64,000 nucleotides of DNA from an uncultured Gammaproteobacteria bacterium. Lineage in GTDB: Bacteria > Patescibacteriota > Microgenomatia > Levybacterales > GWA1-39-11. Position 1 is the stretch's first letter; each line of letters opens with the position of its first letter. The stretch is taken from assembly GCA_964511965.1 (NCBI GenBank), contig CAZEGF010000008.1, forward strand, positions 3,497 through 67,496, in the 5' to 3' direction. A program made the position numbers and the translations under genes. Positions 58,118 to 64,000 of this stretch are shown piece by piece. Below the pieces are notes generated by a model. It saw only the letters and a list, made by a program, of their open reading frames with translations, was not told the origin of the DNA and made no database searches.

Positions 58118-58542
58118 TCAGTATCACGTATTTTGTATTATGTATTATGTATGGAGTCTAAAATTAAATCCTTTACCGATCTTAATGCATGGAAAGAAGG
58201 GCACAAACTTGTTATTTCTGTATATAAACAAATATTAAATTTTCCCAAGAATGAACAATACGGATTAGCTGATCAAATGAGAAGATGTGCAGTTTCTATT
58301 ACCTCAAATATTGCGGAAGGATTTTCTCGACGAACTAGTAAAGACAAAATTCAGTTTTATTATATTGCTTTAGGTTCAGTAACAGAACTTCAAAACCAAC
58401 TTATAATTGCTAGGGATCTAAAATATATATCAATTGATTCGTTTAAGGAGCTTGCTGATCAAACTATCATTGTAAGTAAATTAATAAACGGGTTGATTAA
58501 AAGTCTTAGTTCGCATAATACTTAATACATGATACAAAATAC
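58114..58542 (+). mobile_element. Four-helix-bundle cassette 2 bounded by inverted GTATNNN/NNNATAC arrays (putative element)
   Basis: Arms 58114-58155 and 58515-58542; sits between thyA and folA. Confidence 0.6.
58151..58525 (+). CDS. Four helix bundle protein (PF05635 23S rRNA-IVP-like)
   Basis: F.DL.AW, FP..E.YGL.DQ.RR.AVSI.SNIAEG, F..IA.GS..EL..QL. Confidence 0.93.
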   Translation: MESKIKSFTDLNAWKEGHKLVISVYKQILNFPKNEQYGLADQMRRCAVSITSNIAEGFSRRTSKDKIQFYYIALGSVTELQNQLIIARDLKYISIDSFKELADQTIIVSKLINGLIKSLSSHNT

Positions 58543-59029
58543 AGTTAAGATTTCACTTATAGCATCAGTTGGTAAAAACAGAGAATTGGGTCGAGGAAAC
58601 GAGCTTTTATTTAAAATTCCAGAGGACATGAAGATGTTTCGTGAAAAAACCACAGGACATGTAGTTATTATGGGAAGAAAAACATATGAGAGTATTGGGC
58701 GACCATTACCAAATAGAACCAATATAGTTATAACAAGAACTTTAAACTTAAAACCTCAAACTTCAGATTTGATATTTGTTTCATCAATCGATGAGGCGTT
58801 AGAACTGGCAAAAACAATTGAAGAAAAAGAGATTTTTGTAATCGGGGGAGCTCAAATTTATGCCCAGGCCTTGCCGTACGCTGATAAATTGTATTTAACG
58901 GTCGTCAACAAAACAGTTAGTGACGCAGATGCCTTTTTTCCCGATTATTCTGAGTTTAAAACAGTCCTTTTTGAAAGACCGAGCCGCGATCAAAATTATT
59001 CTTATACTTTTGTGGATCTCGCCCGCTAG
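58529..59029 (+). CDS. folA: Dihydrofolate reductase
   Basis: IPEDM..F...T, IMGRKTYESIGRPLPNR.N, IGGAQIY, DAFFP. Confidence 0.96.
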   Translation: MIQNTVKISLIASVGKNRELGRGNELLFKIPEDMKMFREKTTGHVVIMGRKTYESIGRPLPNRTNIVITRTLNLKPQTSDLIFVSSIDEALELAKTIEEKEIFVIGGAQIYAQALPYADKLYLTVVNKTVSDADAFFPDYSEFKTVLFERPSRDQNYSYTFVDLAR

Positions 59030-59070
59030 TTCTCTTGCAACTTAATTCCCCTTCTGCTTAAATCTTGACA

Positions 59071-60474
59071 ATGGAACTTGTCATAGATCTTCATCTTCAT
59101 TCCCGATTTTCAAGAGCAGTAAGTCAGCGCATGAATTTGCAGAATATGTATATTTGGGGCCGAAAGAAAGGCCTTAATGTCCTTTCCATCGCAGATTTTA
59201 CGTATCCTCTTTGGTTTAAGGAAACAAAAGCACAGCTCGAAGAGTCACAAGAAGGAATTTACAGGTTAAAACGGGAAAAAGAGGTTGAGCAAGAATTCAA
59301 TTTACCACTTCGAGAGAACGATGTTGGGATGCATTTTATGTTAGTGACAGAAGTTGCTTGTATATATGGAGGAAGAGTAAAAGACGGACAAGCAGGGTCA
59401 TATAGAATCCATTGTCTGATTCTTGCTCCAAACTATGATGTTGCATTGAAAATCAATAAAGCTTTTATTGCACGGGGATTCAATCTTACAGCTGATGGAA
59501 GACCAATTTTAGGTATTTCAGCACGGGATTTGACGGAAATGTTATTTGAGATAGATCGAAAAATAGTTATTATCCCATGTCACATTTGGACCCCATGGTT
59601 TTCTCTCTATGGCTCAAAAGGTGGGTATGACCGGATAGCGGACTGCTTTGGAAATTATTCAAAATATATATTTGCGGTAGAAACCGGTCTTTCATCTGAT
59701 CCATCTATGAACTGGAGAATAAATGAACTTAATTCAAGATCAATTGTGAGCTTTTCAGATGCTCATTCCTTGGAGAAGATGGGCCGTGAGGCCACCGTTC
59801 TAAAACTGAAAACTGAAAACCGAAAACTGAAAACTGATGATATAACGTATTCAAACATCATGAACAGTTTGATTAGAGGTAAAGAAAAAGTTTTCGAACT
59901 TGCATATACCATCGAATTTTACCCTGAAGAAGGTAAATATCACTATACGGGGCACAGAAATTGCAATGTTATTCAAACCCCAGAAGAAACAAAGAAGAAT
60001 GGGGACATATGCCCAGTTTGTAAAAGAGAATTGACCATTGGGGTAATGCATAGGGTAGATGAACTAGCTGATAATGAGGAGAGCAATTTCATAAAAGAAG
60101 CGGACGCTTATGGGACAGTATGGCTAAAGGATAAAAAGGGGATTCGTCCTCCTTATATAAATCTGGTTCCGCTTTTGGAGATTTTGTCAGAAGCACTAAA
60201 TTCGGGAGTATCTTCCCAAGCAGTCCAAAATGCTTATGACAATCTGATCTCGCAATTTGGGTCAGAGCATGAAATATTACTCCGTTCTCCACTCGAAAAA
60301 ATTCAGACTCTTTCCGGGGTAACAATTGCTGAAGGGATTCAAAAAGTAAGGGAGAGGAATATTCATATCAACCCTGGGTATGATAATACGTACGGAGTTG
60401 TAGAAATTTGGGGTAATTCCACAAAATATCAACAAGAAATTAAATCAAAAGAAGAGCAAAAAGGGCTTTTTTAA
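59071..60474 (+). CDS. Endonuclease Q family PHP-domain protein
   Basis: DLHLHSRFSRA, HIWTPWFS, ETGLSSDP, SDAHS, GKYH..GHR.C, CP.C...LT.GV..RV. Confidence 0.9.
   Translation: MELVIDLHLHSRFSRAVSQRMNLQNMYIWGRKKGLNVLSIADFTYPLWFKETKAQLEESQEGIYRLKREKEVEQEFNLPLRENDVGMHFMLVTEVACIYGGRVKDGQAGSYRIHCLILAPNYDVALKINKAFIARGFNLTADGRPILGISARDLTEMLFEIDRKIVIIPCHIWTPWFSLYGSKGGYDRIADCFGNYSKYIFAVETGLSSDPSMNWRINELNSRSIVSFSDAHSLEKMGREATVLKLKTENRKLKTDDITYSNIMNSLIRGKEKVFELAYTIEFYPEEGKYHYTGHRNCNVIQTPEETKKNGDICPVCKRELTIGVMHRVDELADNEESNFIKEADAYGTVWLKDKKGIRPPYINLVPLLEILSEALNSGVSSQAVQNAYDNLISQFGSEHEILLRSPLEKIQTLSGVTIAEGIQKVRERNIHINPGYDNTYGVVEIWGNSTKYQQEIKSKEEQKGLF
59802..59836. repeat. Heptamer array inside EndoQ-family gene
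   Basis: AAAACTG AAAACTG AAAACCG AAAACTG AAAACTG. Confidence 0.92.
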
Positions 60475-61718
60475 TATTCGTAGCTTAAGAATTTATCCAA
60501 TCCCCGTTTCATCTGGATTATACGAGCCAACGCTATTTCATTCACCTTTTTTATGATACGTCTTGAGACTTTATGCCTTGAAAGGACTTTTTCATATAGG
60601 GAAATAAGATCCATAGTTATATCTGTTCCATTGAAGTTTTTAAATGCTATATCATATGATGCTTTTCCCATTTTTTCCCTCAGAGTATCATCTTCCAAAA
60701 GTTTTAAAATTGCATCCGAAAAGGCAAGGACTGAAAGGGGGAGATAATACCCATTGACCTCATTTTCTATAACTCCGTCATATGCCAGGTCATTTGCTAC
60801 AACCAATGGAAGACCGGCACTCGCGGCTTCAAGAACACATACTCCTTGAGTTTCGGATTCTGATGAGAATGCAAAAAGAACAGCATCTTTATACGCTTGA
60901 GGCATGAGTTGTGGATCAATACTATCTATAAAATGAATGCGCTCCGAAAGCCTCAATTTTGAGGCTAGATCTCTAAGGTTTTCTTTTTCAGGACCCTTTC
61001 CAACTATTACAAGATCCACTGAAGAATTTTTCTTTGCAACTGTTCCAAAAGCCCGAATAAGAAAGGAGAAATTTTTCTCGATTCCCAGCCTTCCGACAGT
61101 CAGAATAAGAGGTGTAGTTGGAGGAAGTGAGAGTAAGTTATGTAAAAAACCAGTATTTTGAGTTTGAAAATTTTCAATAGGTACAAAATTTGGGATAACC
61201 GTTATTTCTTTTTTAACACCATAAGACTGTAGTTCCAGTTGCATCTTTTTAGAAGGGACGATAACCGCATCACATATATTTGCAAACACCCGCATGCCGG
61301 TTGCTATCATTTTGGGCTTGACTACCTTTCCTTTCAAAAAGTAGTGTGTATATTTAGTATGAAGATTATGAAAAGTCAGGACGTAGGGAACACCTTTAAT
61401 ACGTGCGACTTGATAACCCAAAAATGAAAAAGCACCATTACCATGAGCATGGACAATGTCAAAATCTTCTTTTGCAATTTCTTTTATGACAGATGCTGAG
61501 GTTGGGATAGGAAGACGCACCTCAGGTTCTGAAGAAAGAACTTTAAGTGATGAAATTCGTATGACATTTTTTGATTTATCTTTGTATCCCTTTACTTTTG
61601 GAGCATAAATCATAACCTGGTGACCCTTTTGCTCAAGTTCCTTTGTGAAATGGTCAAGAGATACTGTAACCCCATTGAGACTTGGATGGTAAGTATCCGT
61701 AAAAAATGCAATTTTCAT
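60471..61718 (-). CDS. GT4 glycosyltransferase (diacylglycerol glucosyltransferase-like)
   Basis: MKIAFFTDTY.P..NGV, VGRL..EKN, ETQG...LEA. Confidence 0.9.
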   Translation of the reverse strand: MKIAFFTDTYHPSLNGVTVSLDHFTKELEQKGHQVMIYAPKVKGYKDKSKNVIRISSLKVLSSEPEVRLPIPTSASVIKEIAKEDFDIVHAHGNGAFSFLGYQVARIKGVPYVLTFHNLHTKYTHYFLKGKVVKPKMIATGMRVFANICDAVIVPSKKMQLELQSYGVKKEITVIPNFVPIENFQTQNTGFLHNLLSLPPTTPLILTVGRLGIEKNFSFLIRAFGTVAKKNSSVDLVIVGKGPEKENLRDLASKLRLSERIHFIDSIDPQLMPQAYKDAVLFAFSSESETQGVCVLEAASAGLPLVVANDLAYDGVIENEVNGYYLPLSVLAFSDAILKLLEDDTLREKMGKASYDIAFKNFNGTDITMDLISLYEKVLSRHKVSRRIIKKVNEIALARIIQMKRGLDKFLSYEY

Positions 61719-61778
61719 AGCTATACTAGTACATATTCTATCACGTCAGGTGTTTGGAACGTAATATATAATAAGGGC

Positions 61779-63059
61779 ATGACAGAAGAAATTATAAATG
61801 ACGCAATGGCAAACATTGCACAAAAAAGACAAGAGATTCAAGGAACAAAGACGAATGTTTTGACCCGTCCGGAAGCAAGCAGAGAAGACCCGGATGCAAA
61901 AAGAAGTCCAACAAATAGACTTATTCGTGGATCCTTAGCCCATGCGCTTACATTTCTTCGGGATGACCCGCGAGTAACTGGGGAAAATAGACAAGTTTTG
62001 TATGATTTTGCCAGAGAAGAGAGAGAATTAGCTTCAAACCTAGACAAATTAGATGCCCAATATCGTTCAAACACAGCTGAATACGATGATGGAAAGGGCG
62101 GGAAAATCCATACGGTAACGCTTGACCTCAAAGAACTTACCGAAGGAGAAGAAGATACACGGGTTCCGTGGGTAATGATAGGAGGAGCTTCATCAACTGA
62201 TGAAGGAAATGCAGAGCTTCCCATGGCTATGGCACTTCAGGGAGAAAAAGTCACCATTCTTACGTACCCTGAACAAATGAAATTGCAAAAAGGAGGAGAT
62301 GGTAGAAGTATTTTGGAATCACTTAGCAATAAAGGACAGGAAGACCTGGCGATATTTAAAAATGTTGCTCCACAAGTAGGATACGCAAAAACAAATTTAC
62401 TGGGTCATTCATTGGGTGGAGCAATGGTACTATCAATGGCATCAGACCCGGAATTTGCTTCAAAAATGGGAATAGAAAACGTAGTAGTTATGGCACCCAC
62501 TGGATTTGAAAAAAGAAGATTTGTAGGAATTAGTAAAGCATTTCTAGATGAAGGAGGGAAACTCAATAGCGACCCAGAGGCAAAAGTTTTTCTTGATCAA
62601 GGTGTTGTAGATGCTAACAGACCATCAGGAGTAGGGGGAGGAGAAGGGATTAAAGGTCAAATAAAGCTGGGAATCGATTTAGTAAGTGGAGGGAAGGCAG
62701 CTGCTACAAAGATGATAGATGGTGAAGTTCTAGCCCGTGCAGCTTCAAATATACAAGGAGATCTTGAAATATGGACCTCGAGTAACGATAAAATAATTAA
62801 CGCAGATGCAATAGCTGGAGTTGTTGGTGAAGCACCGTTCACCACCAATAATGTTTCTCTTTATAGCATGGAGGGTGGGAACCACAATTCATACTTTACT
62901 GAATTTGGTTTTAATCGAGCGAGGCAAGAAGAACAACAAGCTCGTCATGAAGCTCAAACCACAGCTATCGGCAAAAAAGTAAGTATGGAATCTGTGGAGC
63001 GGTCAGGTGCTGAATTTATTCTCAAGCAAATGCAAGTTCCTACTTCTGAGGCTGCGTGA
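61779..63059 (+). CDS. Alpha/beta-fold hydrolase with N-terminal extension
   Basis: GHSLGG nucleophile elbow; start moved to ATG 61779, 6 nt after TATAAT. Confidence 0.75.
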   Translation: MTEEIINDAMANIAQKRQEIQGTKTNVLTRPEASREDPDAKRSPTNRLIRGSLAHALTFLRDDPRVTGENRQVLYDFAREERELASNLDKLDAQYRSNTAEYDDGKGGKIHTVTLDLKELTEGEEDTRVPWVMIGGASSTDEGNAELPMAMALQGEKVTILTYPEQMKLQKGGDGRSILESLSNKGQEDLAIFKNVAPQVGYAKTNLLGHSLGGAMVLSMASDPEFASKMGIENVVVMAPTGFEKRRFVGISKAFLDEGGKLNSDPEAKVFLDQGVVDANRPSGVGGGEGIKGQIKLGIDLVSGGKAAATKMIDGEVLARAASNIQGDLEIWTSSNDKIINADAIAGVVGEAPFTTNNVSLYSMEGGNHNSYFTEFGFNRARQEEQQARHEAQTTAIGKKVSMESVERSGAEFILKQMQVPTSEAA

Positions 63060-63071
63060 TATGATATTCAA

Positions 63072-63767
63072 ATGAAAGTTAGTGTTGTTATCCCCGCTTA
63101 CAACGAAGAGCACAATATTGGTGCTTGTCTTGATTCAATCCACAATCAGACGCAAAAAGCATTCGAAGTTATCGTCGTCGACAATAATTCGACAGACAAC
63201 ACTGCAATTGTTGCGAAAGAACATGGTGCAAAAGTAGTATTTGAGGCAAAACGGGGTATTATTCCTGCTCGAGACCGGGGATTTAATGAAGCAACCGGGG
63301 ATGTGATAGTAAGGACAGATGCAGACACCATAGTACCGCGTAATTGGATATCAAAAATTTCCCATCATTTTGAGGATAAAACAGTTGATAGGTTGGCTGG
63401 AGGAAGTGTGTTCTATCGTCCGTGGATGTGGCCAATATTTAATATGTTCGTATTTTGGGATAATGATATATTTGGATACAAAGCATTATTTGGGCCTAAT
63501 TTTGCTATTAGAAAAAGTGCTTGGGATAAAGTCAAAAATGAACTTTGTCATGACAACGTAAAATTTCATGAGGATTTAGACCTTGCTATTCATTTAAGTA
63601 ATTATGGACGATATGCGCGGGATTATTCTATTAAAGTAGATACATCAACAAGAAGGGTAGCTCATATCTCTTCATTTTTTATAGATTATCCTTTGAAATG
63701 GGTACGAACTGTTTTTTTGAAGAAACACAGGAGATTAAGTTCAAATCCGTTGTTTAAACACCTCTAG
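63072..63767 (+). CDS. GT2 glycosyltransferase
   Basis: SVVIPAYNEE, VDNNSTD.T, DAD, ED.DL. Confidence 0.92.
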   Translation: MKVSVVIPAYNEEHNIGACLDSIHNQTQKAFEVIVVDNNSTDNTAIVAKEHGAKVVFEAKRGIIPARDRGFNEATGDVIVRTDADTIVPRNWISKISHHFEDKTVDRLAGGSVFYRPWMWPIFNMFVFWDNDIFGYKALFGPNFAIRKSAWDKVKNELCHDNVKFHEDLDLAIHLSNYGRYARDYSIKVDTSTRRVAHISSFFIDYPLKWVRTVFLKKHRRLSSNPLFKHL

Positions 63768-63770
63768 AAA

Positions 63771-64000
63771 TTATTTCCCACGCTTTCTGAAGAAGAAATA
63801 ATAAACTCCGGCAATAATAATCACCGAAATTATCTGATTTTGAAGACCTTTATCTATACCTGGAATTAATTCTGAAATACTTTCAATATAAAATACATTA
63901 ATGTAAGAAAAATCCCAATGTCTTATTGCTAGAATGAAGGTGACAGCAATATGAATAATTGCAAATAAAACAAACATATCGCGAAGAGCGTCAAAGAATC
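63771..64000 (-). CDS. Membrane hypothetical protein (5'-partial)
   Basis: Frame stays open to the window edge; hydrophobic segments. Confidence 0.55.
   Translation of the reverse strand, partial: FFDALRDMFVLFAIIHIAVTFILAIRHWDFSYINVFYIESISELIPGIDKGLQNQIISVIIIAGVYYFFFRKRGK

Noticed and set aside
40365-58525. Diversity-generating retroelement (Avd-like genes)
   Set aside because: No reverse transcriptase and no TR/VR pair with adenine-specific mismatches were seen.

Overview
AT-rich (roughly 35% GC by eye) chromosomal segment of a reduced-genome bacterium. Gene content and style (archaeal-type PyrH and ATP-dependent DNA ligase, DUF4012, orphan VirD4-like ATPase, tRNA-Arg(GCG), mostly leaderless genes) suggest Patescibacteria/CPR, probably Microgenomates (inference). 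Most of it is housekeeping: cell wall, translation, DNA repair, a dTTP cluster and six tRNAs. There is no CRISPR-Cas, prophage or rRNA. Three things are not explained by ordinary annotation. (1) About 17 loci carry arrays of mostly 4-5 tandem 7-nt repeats. Inverted pairs of arrays bracket both four-helix-bundle (TIGR02436/PF05635-like) genes, gene-less inverted pairs also occur, and single arrays lie in frame inside housekeeping genes. (2) The tRNA region shows terminal duplications, including an intact tRNA(CAU) flanked by 17-bp inverted repeats inside the anticodon of a decayed copy of itself, and a 48-nt-period array built on a tRNA 3' end. (3) Two isolated high-GC cassettes encode secreted/surface proteins with structured leaders, SD-like sites and 3' hairpins, and may be host-derived. 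All family assignments come from motif recognition by eye; no searches were run.
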